In this document: positions 47,744-57,769 of the stretch, piece by piece
How the letters are laid out: every line of letters begins with the position of its first letter
Position numbering within the stretch: the first letter of the stretch is position 1
Assembly (NCBI GenBank): GCA_900617105.1
Contig: UYFQ01000001.1
Coordinates: forward strand, 2,170,001-2,234,000
DNA length: 64,000 nt
Direction of reading: 5' to 3'
From: Hydrurus foetidus
Lineage: Eukaryota
Notes under the pieces: model-generated
What the model saw: the letters and a program-made list of their open reading frames with translations, nothing else
Databases searched by the model: none
Told to the model about the DNA's origin: nothing
Made by a program: the position numbers and the translations under genes

Positions 47744-48694
47744 ATGCTCATTGACACAACGCCACACCTAATAGTTGCCTTTGCTGGCTGTAGTCCAAGC
47801 ACCTGGTTACAAGCCAAAGCGCCGCTAGAGCCAAAAAACCTGGCCAAATTGATGCGCGGCATGAAGCTGGTGGCAACTGATTCCGGCACGCTTACCAGCT
47901 TGTCGCCGCCGCATGAAAGGGTTCTGGCCAAGGCATTGCGCATTACTGGAAGCTCGACACCGACCGACGGCTTGCTACCCTGGGCTGCGTTTGAAGCCAA
48001 GACGACCCCAAACCAAGCCTGGGCTTTCATCACGCTGTGCCACTGGTCTATGGGCCGCGAACACGCCACATTGACAGACCCTGCTGCATTAGACATAACG
48101 CCAGACGAGTCACGCACGCTGCTGGCCGACATGCAACCCTACTTTGCTACTGAAGGCATCACGCTGCACTATCAAGAGGGGAAGCCAAGGCAGTGGCTGG
48201 CTGTAGGCACTGTGTTTAAAGACCTGCCCACTGCATCACTCGACCGGGCCATGGGCCGCAATGTTGACCCCCTTCTGCCCCAGTCGAAAGCCATCAAGCT
48301 GCTGCAAAACGAAATGCAAATGCTGCTGTACGCCCACCGCATTAACGACGCCAGGGTTGAAAAGCGGCAGCTAACGATTAATTCGTTTTGGGTAAGCGGC
48401 ACCGGCGCATTAAGCCAAGCCGCTGATTTAAATCCATTAGTCACCGTCAACCGGGCCCTGGCGCCCGCCGCATTCACTGATGACTGGGCAGCGTTTACGG
48501 CAGGTTGGGCCCAGCTTGATGTAACCGACATAGCGCAGTTTTTAAGCCTGCAACAAAGCGGGAAAACCGTACGCATCGCCTTGTGTGGCGAGGCAAATGC
48601 CGTGACATTCGAGACCGCTGGGCACAGCATTTTTTCGAAAATCAAAAGCGCTTTCAAGCTGCAGTCGATGGACTACCTGCTCAAGCAGCTATAA
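47744..48694 (+). CDS. conserved protein upstream of recJ (phosphoglycerate-mutase-like)
   Basis: LQNEMQMLL, N..R....L.INSFW.SG motif; synteny with recJ. Confidence 0.75.
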   Translation: MLIDTTPHLIVAFAGCSPSTWLQAKAPLEPKNLAKLMRGMKLVATDSGTLTSLSPPHERVLAKALRITGSSTPTDGLLPWAAFEAKTTPNQAWAFITLCHWSMGREHATLTDPAALDITPDESRTLLADMQPYFATEGITLHYQEGKPRQWLAVGTVFKDLPTASLDRAMGRNVDPLLPQSKAIKLLQNEMQMLLYAHRINDARVEKRQLTINSFWVSGTGALSQAADLNPLVTVNRALAPAAFTDDWAAFTAGWAQLDVTDIAQFLSLQQSGKTVRIALCGEANAVTFETAGHSIFSKIKSAFKLQSMDYLLKQL

Positions 48695-48705
48695 CAACAA
48701 GAGCA
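48652..48705 (+). repeat. two-hairpin repeat, copy 9 (degenerate; contains stop of upstream gene)
   Basis: About 25/42 ungapped identity to copy 10; AGCAGCTATAACAACAAGAGCA end. Confidence 0.5.
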
Positions 48706-48707
48706 GT

Positions 48708-50432
48708 ATGAAAATTCACGTAAGAGACGTTCCACCCCGAGCCGCGTGGGCGTTGCAGCAAGCAGGTGTACACCCGCTGCTCGCGCAACTGTACGCAGCG
48801 CGCGGCGTGCGCACGGCTGATGAACTAGACGAAGGCTTGGCGCGGCTGCTCAGCCCCACCACGCTGGTGGGCGCGAAAAAAGCCGCCGTTCTGCTGGCTG
48901 ATGCCATTGCTGCAGGCAAACACATCTGCATCGTGGCCGACTACGACTGCGATGGCGCAACCGCCTGCGCAGTCGGTATGCGCGGGCTCAAGTTGCTCGG
49001 CGCTTCAAAAGTAAGTTACCTCGTGCCCGACCGCGTGGTCGATGGGTATGGCCTGACGGCCCCGATTGCCGATCGCGTCAAAGCCAGCGGTGCAGACGTG
49101 TTGGTGACGGTTGACAACGGCATCGCCAGTTTTGACGGCGTGGCCCGCGCCAAAGCGCTCGGTATGCAGGTGCTGGTGACTGACCACCACTTGCCCGCCT
49201 TAACTGATGGCACGATTGGCTTGCCCGATGCAGACGTGATCGTCAACCCCAACCAGCCGGGCTGCGAGTTTGAAAGCAAATCGATTGCAGGCGTCGGCGT
49301 GATGTTTTATGTGCTGCTGGCGCTTAGGGCGGAGCTGCGCGAACGCGGCGTGTTCACGATTCAAGATCAGCCGAAAGTTGACGCCTTGCTGCCACTGGTT
49401 GCACTAGGCACGGTAGCCGACGTCGTCAGACTAGACGCCAACAACCGCCGCCTCGTCGCTCAAGGGTTAAAACGCATCAGAAGCGGTCATTTACCGGCGG
49501 GAATAGCTAGTCTTTTCGTAGCAGCAGGCCGCAAGGCCAACACAGCCACCACGTTCGACTTTGGCTTTGCCCTCGGCCCACGCATCAACGCTGCAGGGCG
49601 CCTGGCCGACATGACGCTGGGCATTGAATGCCTGCTGACAGACGATGCAGCCCGGGCCGACGAGCTGGCCAAAACGCTAGACGGCATCAACCGCGAGCGG
49701 CGAGACATTGAAGCAGACATGCGCGAACAAGCGCAACTGGCCGCTGACGCGATGATTGACCTCGACGACGAACCGCCCCCCGCGATTGCGATTTACGAGC
49801 CCAGCTTTCATGAGGGCGTTGTCGGCATTGTTGCGTCCCGCATCAAAGACAAGCTGCACCGCCCCACCTTCGTGTTTGCCGCCAGCCACGCTGAAGGCAA
49901 GTCACACGAAATCAAAGGCTCAGGCCGCTCGATTCCAGGCTTTCATTTGCGTGATGCGCTAGATTTGGTCGCCAAGCGCCAGCCCGGCGTGCTGCTCAAA
50001 TTCGGCGGCCACGCCATGGCAGCGGGCTGCACGATTGAAGAGAAAAACTTTGAACTGTTCGAGCACACGCTGCAGCAAGTAGCACGCGAATGGCTAGACG
50101 CCGCCACGCTAACCCGCCGCATCGACACAGACGGCCCGCTGTCAGCCGAATACCGCCGCACCGACATGGTCGACACCCTGCACAAAGAAGTCTGGGGCCA
50201 AGGCTTTGCCGCACCCACATTCAGTGAAGAAGTCGAGGTCGTGTCGCAGCGCCTGGTCGGTGAAAAGCACTTGGCGTTGAAGCTGAAACACCAAGGCCAG
50301 CCAGTAGACGGCATCTGGTTCGGCCACACCGAGCCGCTACCTGCGCGGGTAACTTTGGCCTTCAGGCTGGATGCGGATGAGTGGCAAGGCGTGCGGCGGG
50401 TGCGGTTTTTGGTGGAGGCGGCTGAGGGTTAG
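48708..50432 (+). CDS. recJ: single-stranded-DNA-specific exonuclease RecJ
   Basis: DYDCDG, TVDNG, TDHH, PRINAAGR, GGHAMAAG. Confidence 0.97.
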   Translation: MKIHVRDVPPRAAWALQQAGVHPLLAQLYAARGVRTADELDEGLARLLSPTTLVGAKKAAVLLADAIAAGKHICIVADYDCDGATACAVGMRGLKLLGASKVSYLVPDRVVDGYGLTAPIADRVKASGADVLVTVDNGIASFDGVARAKALGMQVLVTDHHLPALTDGTIGLPDADVIVNPNQPGCEFESKSIAGVGVMFYVLLALRAELRERGVFTIQDQPKVDALLPLVALGTVADVVRLDANNRRLVAQGLKRIRSGHLPAGIASLFVAAGRKANTATTFDFGFALGPRINAAGRLADMTLGIECLLTDDAARADELAKTLDGINRERRDIEADMREQAQLAADAMIDLDDEPPPAIAIYEPSFHEGVVGIVASRIKDKLHRPTFVFAASHAEGKSHEIKGSGRSIPGFHLRDALDLVAKRQPGVLLKFGGHAMAAGCTIEEKNFELFEHTLQQVAREWLDAATLTRRIDTDGPLSAEYRRTDMVDTLHKEVWGQGFAAPTFSEEVEVVSQRLVGEKHLALKLKHQGQPVDGIWFGHTEPLPARVTLAFRLDADEWQGVRRVRFLVEAAEG

Positions 50433-50477
50433 GGCTTTGCGAGTTTTTTGAGCTGTTCCAGAGCAGTTTTAGTTGTC

Positions 50478-50533
50478 ATTTAGGCCTCCAGCCCAATAGA
50501 TACGGGCGCTAGCAACTATAAAAAATATATTCA
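50478..50533 (+). repeat. two-hairpin repeat, copy 10
   Basis: TTTAGGCCTCCAGCCCAATAGATACGGGCGCTAGCAACTATA. Confidence 0.9.
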
Positions 50534-50617
50534 TTTCTAGGAGAGTTCAGTGGCCGGGTGTAACTGCAGCATCATTTCTAAATCAAATAGCTTGCGGTAT
50601 GCATTGCATTGCGCATC

Positions 50618-51133
50618 ATGATTCCCATTACGGAACGCGAGTTGGAGTACGTCACATGGCAAAACCGTGCGTACCGGTTTTATCTCGGAGCGCGATTGCT
50701 TCACAACTCAAAGCTCTACTCCCCAGCGGCATACAGTGCAGCTATAGCAATTGAGCTTGTCTTAAAAGCGACGCTAGTCTTTTGGGATGATTCCTTCGTC
50801 CCGGCTGACGGAGGTCATGGCATTGCGAAGCTTTCTCGCATGGTCAAGTCAAAAGTGGATGGATCGCCAAGCTTAGAAATACCGACGTACTTCTATCACG
50901 AGCAGCGGTACCTCACAGTTTCACGTTATCCGACGAACGGCAAGGGCGTGTACGTACCGGCCTCGTTTCTCGATGATCTTGACCAAGTTTTCGCCGATGT
51001 TCTCTTGCTTGTATCTTTTCAGCACAATACAGAGTTGCGGCAATCACTTGCTGGGAAAGCAAGTAACTCACTGCTACATTTGCGCAAAGGGAACAAACAA
51101 ATGAAACGCCTTCGTACCGACCTTGGCATATGA
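50618..51133 (+). CDS. HEPN-domain protein
   Basis: A.Y....AIELVLKA.L helix, GHGIAKL, SRYP; atypical codon usage. Confidence 0.65.
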   Translation: MIPITERELEYVTWQNRAYRFYLGARLLHNSKLYSPAAYSAAIAIELVLKATLVFWDDSFVPADGGHGIAKLSRMVKSKVDGSPSLEIPTYFYHEQRYLTVSRYPTNGKGVYVPASFLDDLDQVFADVLLLVSFQHNTELRQSLAGKASNSLLHLRKGNKQMKRLRTDLGI

Positions 51134-51240
51134 CTCTGAGCATTGGAGCTCCGCCAATTGGGTCGGGTGAGCTGAGCGCGACCGAACGGATGGGTGAGTA
51201 ATCGGTTTACGGTTCACTGACCCGACCGACCACTGCAAAT

Positions 51241-51522
51241 ATGACCAAACGCACACCACTGATTGATGCAAACGGCGAAGTCCGTGAGCTGACAGCCGTT
51301 GACCTGCGCCGTTTCAAGCCAGCGGCCGAAGTGTTGCCACCTGAATTGCTCAAAACGATGGGCATCAAGCCGCGCGGGCCGCAAAAAGCGCCCACCAAGC
51401 AAGCCACCACCATCCGCCTGTCGCCCGATGTGATGGCCGCCTTCAAAGCTACTGGCGCGGGCTGGCAAACGCGCATTGATGCGGCCTTGAAAGACTGGCT
51501 GCGTACGCATTCGCCGGTTTGA
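51241..51522 (+). CDS. brnA: BrnA-family antitoxin
   Basis: RGPQKAPTKQATTIRLSPDV..F...G.GWQTRID.AL. Confidence 0.88.
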   Translation: MTKRTPLIDANGEVRELTAVDLRRFKPAAEVLPPELLKTMGIKPRGPQKAPTKQATTIRLSPDVMAAFKATGAGWQTRIDAALKDWLRTHSPV

Positions 51523-51560
51523 CTACCATTTTGCGCTGTTTTTGACCCTTTTCGGGGATC

Positions 51561-51615
51561 ATTTAGCTCTGATGCCCAATAAATACGGGCGCAAGAAGCT
51601 CCTAAATTAATAGTG
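51561..51615 (+). repeat. two-hairpin repeat, copy 11
   Basis: GCCCAATAAATACGGGCGCAAGAAGCTCCTAAATTAATAGTG. Confidence 0.92.
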
Positions 51616-51628
51616 ATTAGCTTTTAGA

Positions 51629-52879
51629 TTGAAATCTAAATATCACTTTATCCGTGCAAATTTATTAACAATCAGTAAAATTACGAAGACGTTAGAGCGA
51701 AAAACGCTGGAAATTGTTGAGCAAGCACTCAAACGTCAAGCCTCAGTCGCCCTGATCGGGCCACGCCAAGTTGGCAAAACCACGCTGGCTTTGGCAATTG
51801 GCCAACGGCAAAACGCAATTTACCTTGACCTTGAATCGCCAGAAGACCGCAGCAAGCTGGCCAGTCCGGCGGCGTTCTTGTCAGCCTTTGAAGACCGCCT
51901 GGTCATCATGGATGAGATTCACCAGGTGCCTGACTTGTTTTTAACGCTGCGCGGGCTGATTGACCAAGGCCGTGCGCGGGGCAATCGCTTTGGGCGGTTT
52001 TTGCTGCTCGGCTCTGCGTCACTTGACTTGCTGCGCCAAAGCGGTGAAAGCCTGGCCGGGCGCATCAGCTACATCGACATGACACCGCTTACCGTGCAAG
52101 AAGTAGGCAGCCATGACGTGCAATCGCTGTGGGTTCGCGGCGGCTTTCCAGACAGCTTTTTGGCCCCTGATGACCGCCTGAGCATGGACTGGCGCAAAGA
52201 CTTGCTGCGCACTTACCTCGAGCGAGACGTGCCGATGTTTGGCTCGCGCATTCCGGCTGAAACATTGCGGCGCTTTTGGACCATGCTGGCGCATAACTAG
52301 GGCGCATTGCACAACGCATCGCGCCTTGCCGCTGGGCTGGAGGTCAGCAGCCAGGCGGTGAGCCGCTATACCGATTTGCTGGTTAACCTGCTTCTGGTGC
52401 GGCGCTTGCAGCCGTATTTGACCAACGTGGGCAAGCGCCTGGTCAAGTCGCCCAAGGTCTACATCCGCGACAGTGGCTTGCTGCATGCACTGCTCAACAT
52501 CAACGCTTTTGATGCGTTGCTGGGCCACCCGGTGGTGGGTGCCAGTTGGGAAAGCTTTGCAATTGAAAACCTGATCAACGCCGCCCCGCCGTTAACCGTG
52601 CCGGGTTTTTACCGCACATCAGGCGGGGCTGAAATTGACCTGGTGCTGGAGCTGCCCGGCGGGGAAAGATGGGCGATTGAAGTCAAACGCAGCCGAGCCG
52701 CCAAGCCGGGTCGGGGCTTTTACGACGCCTGTGAAGACTTGAAACCCGCGAAGCGTTTTGTGGTGCATGCTGGGGTGGGTGCAGCCAGCGGCCCGAGCCG
52801 CTACCCAATCAGTGGTGATGTTGAAGCGATTGGCTTGCTGGAGTTGGCTGATCTGTTGTCAGCCATTGATAAACACTAA
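51629..52879 (+). pseudogene. AAA_14/DUF4143 ATP-binding protein interrupted by in-frame TAG at 52298-52300
   Basis: GPRQVGKTT, DEIH, ESLAGR, KSPKVYIRDSG, EIDL, IEVK; both ORFs in one frame (AHN*GALHN). Confidence 0.85.
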
Positions 52880-53013
52880 CTGCACAGTTGGTGTTTATGT
52901 TCAGGACAGCTGCTGATTGCTGGCGAGGCTGACTAGGTTGTGATTTTGGGTTGGAGCAGCTGAGGGCTGGTGCTGATAGCGTTTGCAAGCTTTTTGAAAT
53001 GAATTTACTTATT

Positions 53014-53068
53014 ATTTAGGCTGATAGCCCAATCAATACGGGCGCGAGCAGTTCCTAAAAAGAGAGTG
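53014..53068 (+). repeat. two-hairpin repeat, copy 12
   Basis: TAGCCCAATCAATACGGGCGCGAGCAGTTCCTAAAAAGAGAGTG. Confidence 0.9.
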
Positions 53069-53074
53069 CCAGCC

Positions 53075-55042
53075 TTAAGGCGTTTGCTCCTGCCGGACGG
53101 CGATGGGTACATAGCCAATTTCCATGCCTTTGGGTGGGGTGACGATTAACCCGGGGTCAATATCGATCAACTTGCCAATGGTTGGCGCGGGCAAATACTC
53201 TTTGGTGATGGTCCACTCTTTGTGCAGTTTTTCTACCCGCTTTTGCATCTCTTCACGCTCGGCAAGCGTCAGATCTGAGTTAAGCAAAGTGGGCTGGTTC
53301 ATGAACTTGTACCAGTAGTAAGTTACCGTGGTTCCATCGCCCAGTTTGGCCGTGAAAGGCCCGCCATTAGCAGCTGGGCCGGGCACCTTCCATGTGTTTT
53401 CGCCGCTTAGCAGGTTTGAATTGTCCATGGGCGTGCTGAATACGCGCGACTTGTCTCTTTCGCCGCGTTTGAATTCAACCGATGCCAATCCGGTCTCGGC
53501 TGGTACATCCTTGGCCTGTACCACTGACCACACAGGCCCGCCCTCTGAATTTTTGCTCAAGCGATAGTATTCGGGCAAAGACACCACCGAGCCGTTGCCG
53601 ATATTTATTTTTGACACCAAATTTTGAATCCAGCTGAACCCCAACGTGCTGTTATCGACGCTAGCTGCTTTTGAAAAAGAGCTCCAATCGATCCGCACCT
53701 TTTGGTCCTCGGGCGTGGAGTCCTGGAAAATCCTCATGGTGGAACCGTGGCCTTTGTTGAACTTTTGCTCGAATGATTCAGTGACCTTGATTTCACTGTT
53801 TGCAGCAGGGCCGCCATATTTAAACCAGGCCTCTACCGCAGGCCAAAGTGCTTCTTTTTTGAATACCAACGCGCGGTTGACCATTATTGAGTCGCCATTG
53901 GCGTCCCGGGGAAACTGGACCGGTGCAACGCGTGCATAAGTGTTGCCTTTGGAATCGTTTGCCTGAAACGCGGGCACATACTGGTTTTCCATTTGCAGAG
54001 CCTTGTCGGAGTCGGCCAGGCGTGAATCCATGAGCTTGCCTATTGTGTCTTTGTCTGTTCCATCCTTGTTTTTTAACCCCTCAATAGCTGAGCGAGAAAA
54101 GAAGTAGGGCATGAAAAACGCCGCTGGGCCTTTGAAGTTGGCAGCGTTCAAAAACAGTGTCCAGGACAGGTCGCCGGTTGGAATGTTTTTCCCACCGGTA
54201 GTGGCTTTGCCATCGGTGAACGGAAGCGGCAAGTAACCCACACCCAGCAGCTCACCGTTTGCACCTTGCTTCATGTTCAGGCCGTCTGGTGGCCACAATA
54301 ATCGGGGACTAAGCTGCGCCACGCCATACTTGCCGCTAGGCTGGCTAAATTTGCTCCAGTCGCCCCTGCCAATGCCAGGCCCGTTAGACACACCGCTGAA
54401 GTCAGTTGCTACGCCGCCCATGTGGAACTTCGGCGTTTCTGTGCCAAAAACAGTGTCGTTCCACCAGCCAAGGCCGCCTTCAATGGTGGAATAAGACTCT
54501 ATGGGTTTAGGTGTGGGCAAAAAAGCGTTCATCCACGTGCCAACCAAGCCTGATTGAGCCACAGCACCGGGGTACTTGTTGTACAGCGGCCAAGCGGCCA
54601 TGTACATCGAGTAACCGCCGCTGTACGCCTTGGGCGCAGACTCCCGGTCGATTAAAAGGTAGCCGTGCATTTTTGAGGCCAGGAGCTCTGCTTTCAAGCA
54701 GGTAGCAGACGCAGCAGACGGACTGGCCGCGAGCGCTCCATTGGTACATAAAAACGATGCTGAACCAAAATTGGGGGCCGACAAATCAGTGGCAGTGGCG
54801 GTAGCGCCAGTTAAAGCCGCTGCTGAAGTGCCGCTGCAGGTAGCGCCCGCTACTGCCCAGGTTACTGTGGCAGCTTGGCAACTGCCAGGCGCCGTTAGAA
54901 CGGTAGCGTCGTTATTCCCAGCAGGTGCAGAGGCCGAAGTAGTTGAATTGGGCTCAAGCTCAGAACCGTTGCCGCAGGCGGAAACCAACGAAACCACCAT
55001 CACAAACGTCAGGCGAGTCAAACATGGTAGATTTTTGTTCAT
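53075..55042 (-). CDS. large lipoprotein of unknown function, paralog 1
   Basis: VSAC lipobox; Cys-containing Ala/Thr-rich N-domain; ~530-aa aromatic/Gly-rich domain shared with paralog 2. Confidence 0.85.
   Translation of the reverse strand: MNKNLPCLTRLTFVMVVSLVSACGNGSELEPNSTTSASAPAGNNDATVLTAPGSCQAATVTWAVAGATCSGTSAAALTGATATATDLSAPNFGSASFLCTNGALAASPSAASATCLKAELLASKMHGYLLIDRESAPKAYSGGYSMYMAAWPLYNKYPGAVAQSGLVGTWMNAFLPTPKPIESYSTIEGGLGWWNDTVFGTETPKFHMGGVATDFSGVSNGPGIGRGDWSKFSQPSGKYGVAQLSPRLLWPPDGLNMKQGANGELLGVGYLPLPFTDGKATTGGKNIPTGDLSWTLFLNAANFKGPAAFFMPYFFSRSAIEGLKNKDGTDKDTIGKLMDSRLADSDKALQMENQYVPAFQANDSKGNTYARVAPVQFPRDANGDSIMVNRALVFKKEALWPAVEAWFKYGGPAANSEIKVTESFEQKFNKGHGSTMRIFQDSTPEDQKVRIDWSSFSKAASVDNSTLGFSWIQNLVSKINIGNGSVVSLPEYYRLSKNSEGGPVWSVVQAKDVPAETGLASVEFKRGERDKSRVFSTPMDNSNLLSGENTWKVPGPAANGGPFTAKLGDGTTVTYYWYKFMNQPTLLNSDLTLAEREEMQKRVEKLHKEWTITKEYLPAPTIGKLIDIDPGLIVTPPKGMEIGYVPIAVRQEQTP
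54689..54979. repeat. 291-bp near-identical block, copy A
   Basis: 5 mismatches versus 56815..57105 by manual comparison. Confidence 0.92.
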
Positions 55043-55209
55043 AGTTGACCTGTTTTTTTAATAGTTAAGTGCTTAGTTGTACCAACACGCTGCTTTTCTT
55101 GGAGCTCATATTTGAAACTACGGTTGACAGATCAGTATTTGAATAAATAAGCGCTGCTTGAACAGCCCAGTGTTTGCGGAGCAAACATTGAGTTAGTTTG
55201 GCACTGCAG

Positions 55210-57171
55210 TTATTGCGTTTGTTCCTGCCGAGTGGCGATGGGCACATAGCCAATTTCAAAGCCTTTCGGAGGTACAAGTATCAAAGCAGGGTCAATCTCA
55301 ACCAGTTTTCCAACGGTGGGCGGAGGCAAGTACTCTTTGGTAATAGTCCACTCTTTGTGCAATTTTTCTACCCGCCTTTGCATCTCTTCGCGCTCAGACA
55401 AAGTCAAATCTGAACTAACAAGGGTAGGTTGATTCATAAACTTATACCAGTAGTAAGTCACTGTAGATCCGTCTCCTAATTTAGCTTTGTACGGCGTATT
55501 GGAGGCCGGCCCAGGTATCTTCCACGTGTTTTCACCGCGTATTAATTTTGAGTTGTCCATAGGTGTTTCAAAGACTTTGGGCTTATTCCTTACACGTTTG
55601 AATTCAACCGATGCCAGCCCGGTTTCTACAGGAACGTCCTTAGCTTGTACCACTGCCCAGGTAGTATTACCCTTCGCGTTCTTCTTCAAGTGATAGTACT
55701 GAGGCAACGTTGTTACTGACCCATTACCGATTTCTGTTTTAGTCACCAAGTTTTGTGTCCAGACGTATCCCACCGTGCTGGTGTTAAAAACAACTGTTTT
55801 TGCAAAAGAATCCCACTCAATAGGCGGAGCAATGCCAGCCTTTTCCTCGGCGTCTGTATGTATTTTCCAGGTTGACCACCCATCTCTTTCCCAAGCTTGT
55901 TCAAACGATTCACTAAGCTTGATTTCGCTGCTTGTGGTTGCTCCACCTTTATCAAACCAATCCTTAACTGAATCCCATAAAGCGCTTTTTTTGTATACCA
56001 TCAAACGATGATTAGTAACGGAGTTGCCTTTGTCATCTCGTGGAAACTGAACTGGCGCAACCCGCGCATACGTTTCGCCTTTAGCGTCTTTTGACATGTA
56101 GGCTGGTATGTACTGAGTTTCCATTTGATGTGCTTTATTTGGGTTTGAAGGATTCGCATCAAAGTGCTGCCAAGTGTCAATTGGAGATCCGTTTTTGTTA
56201 TTTATTCGACCCGTAGTGGTGACGTGAGAAAAGAAGTAAGGCATTACAAACGCCGCCGGACCTTTAAAGTTGGCAGCGTTTAAAAACAGCGTCCAGGAAT
56301 TATTGCCCGTTGGTTTGTCAGATCGCCCGGCTGTAGTCGTTTTAGTGTTGGTAAACGGCAATGGCAGATACCCAGCGCCTAACAGCTCGCCGTTGGTGCC
56401 TTGCTTCATATTCACACCGTCCGGCGGCCACAACAAATTAGGACTAAGCTGCGCTACCCCGTATTTACCTCTACCAGGTGGGGTCCAATCATCGCCCCAG
56501 CCTAAGCCGGGTCCATTGGCAACACCACTAAAGTCTATTGCTACGGCGCCAATACCAAATTTAGGCGTTTCTGTAGCAAAAGCTGTGTCTCTCCACCAGC
56601 CCAAGCCGCCTTCAATAGTTTGATAAGCTTCTGCAGGTGCCTGTCCTTTGGCAAACATCCAAGTACCCGGCAGGCCGGACTGAGCTTTGTCACCCGGATA
56701 ATTTCCGTATAGCGGCCAAGCAGCTGTATACATGGAGAAGCCACCGTCGTAGTCTTGCGGTGCATCTGCCCTATTCAGACCGAGGTAGCCGTGCAGTTTT
56801 GCATCTTGAATATTTGCTTTCAAGCAGGTAGCAGACGCAGCAGACGGGCTGGCCGCGAGCGCTCCATTGGTACATAAAAACGATGCTGAACCAAAATTGG
56901 GGGCCGACAAATCAGTGGCAGTGGCGGTAGCGCCAGTTAAAGCCGCTGCTGACGTGCCGCTGCAAGTAGCGCCCGCTATTGCCCAGGTTACTGTGGCAGC
57001 TTGGCAACTGCCAGGCGCCGTTAGAACGGTAGCGTCGTTATTCCCAGCAGGTGCAGAGGCCGAAGTAGTTGAATTGGGCTCAGGCTCAGAACCGTTGCCG
57101 CAGGCTGTAATCAACGCGACCGTCATAACGGAGGCCAGGATAGTCAAGCATTGCAAATTTTTACCGCTCAT
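55210..57171 (-). CDS. large lipoprotein of unknown function, paralog 2
   Basis: ITAC lipobox; shared motifs TIEGGLGWW, GKYGVAQLSP.LLWPPDG, SWTLFLNAANFKGP, VTYYWYKF. Confidence 0.85.
   Translation of the reverse strand: MSGKNLQCLTILASVMTVALITACGNGSEPEPNSTTSASAPAGNNDATVLTAPGSCQAATVTWAIAGATCSGTSAAALTGATATATDLSAPNFGSASFLCTNGALAASPSAASATCLKANIQDAKLHGYLGLNRADAPQDYDGGFSMYTAAWPLYGNYPGDKAQSGLPGTWMFAKGQAPAEAYQTIEGGLGWWRDTAFATETPKFGIGAVAIDFSGVANGPGLGWGDDWTPPGRGKYGVAQLSPNLLWPPDGVNMKQGTNGELLGAGYLPLPFTNTKTTTAGRSDKPTGNNSWTLFLNAANFKGPAAFVMPYFFSHVTTTGRINNKNGSPIDTWQHFDANPSNPNKAHQMETQYIPAYMSKDAKGETYARVAPVQFPRDDKGNSVTNHRLMVYKKSALWDSVKDWFDKGGATTSSEIKLSESFEQAWERDGWSTWKIHTDAEEKAGIAPPIEWDSFAKTVVFNTSTVGYVWTQNLVTKTEIGNGSVTTLPQYYHLKKNAKGNTTWAVVQAKDVPVETGLASVEFKRVRNKPKVFETPMDNSKLIRGENTWKIPGPASNTPYKAKLGDGSTVTYYWYKFMNQPTLVSSDLTLSEREEMQRRVEKLHKEWTITKEYLPPPTVGKLVEIDPALILVPPKGFEIGYVPIATRQEQTQ
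56815..57105. repeat. 291-bp near-identical block, copy B
   Basis: Matches 54689..54979. Confidence 0.92.
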
Positions 57172-57193
57172 GAATTCTTACCCCAAATAAATA

Positions 57194-57769
57194 TTAATAG
57201 TAATTAACAACGATGGAATGTTTATCGCGGGAGACCGCATAAAAACTGCACATCACGCCGCGCGGTGCGGTTTCCATCATGGCGGTGTAGTGGTTGGCGC
57301 TGGGCGGCACTGCCGGGCCTTCTTGAAAGAACAACTTGGGGCACCAGTCCACAGACGCCTGGGCTGTGCCATTGGGATTGCGCCCACCACCGCAAAACCC
57401 TTGCGCCTTCCAGCCGCAACCACCGTTGGCGTGCCCGCCAGTTTCAGCAGCGGTTTTGGCCTCAGACGCCTGGCAACAGGTAGCTTCTGCAGTGGTCGAG
57501 TGCAAGTAGTAAGGCGCCAGACCTTTTTGCGCGCGGTAACCGTTGATCAAGCCCAAGCAATATTCAGACACATCGACCGCGCCCACATCCGGGTCGGCTG
57601 ACATGGCTTGTATCTGCCCCGCACCCTTGCACATCAGCCCTGCTGCTGACGAACTTGGCGGGGTAGACGGCGAAGCAGCTGATCCGCCACCACCACCGCA
57701 CGCGGCCAGTTGCGCCACTATCGCGACAACGGCGACTTGCATCAATAAAAACATATTACTTCTGATCAC
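57194..57769 (-). CDS. Cys-rich CAP/SCP-like lipoprotein
   Basis: LAACGGGGG lipobox; INGYRAQKGLAP and NHYTAMM resemble CAP motifs; GTG 57769 with AAGGA RBS. Confidence 0.65.
   Translation of the reverse strand: MIRSNMFLLMQVAVVAIVAQLAACGGGGGSAASPSTPPSSSAAGLMCKGAGQIQAMSADPDVGAVDVSEYCLGLINGYRAQKGLAPYYLHSTTAEATCCQASEAKTAAETGGHANGGCGWKAQGFCGGGRNPNGTAQASVDWCPKLFFQEGPAVPPSANHYTAMMETAPRGVMCSFYAVSRDKHSIVVNYY

Noticed and set aside
47710..48132. 141-aa N-terminal extension of LolE in the ORF track
   Set aside because: Overlaps the divergent gene; family homology starts at ATG 47709.
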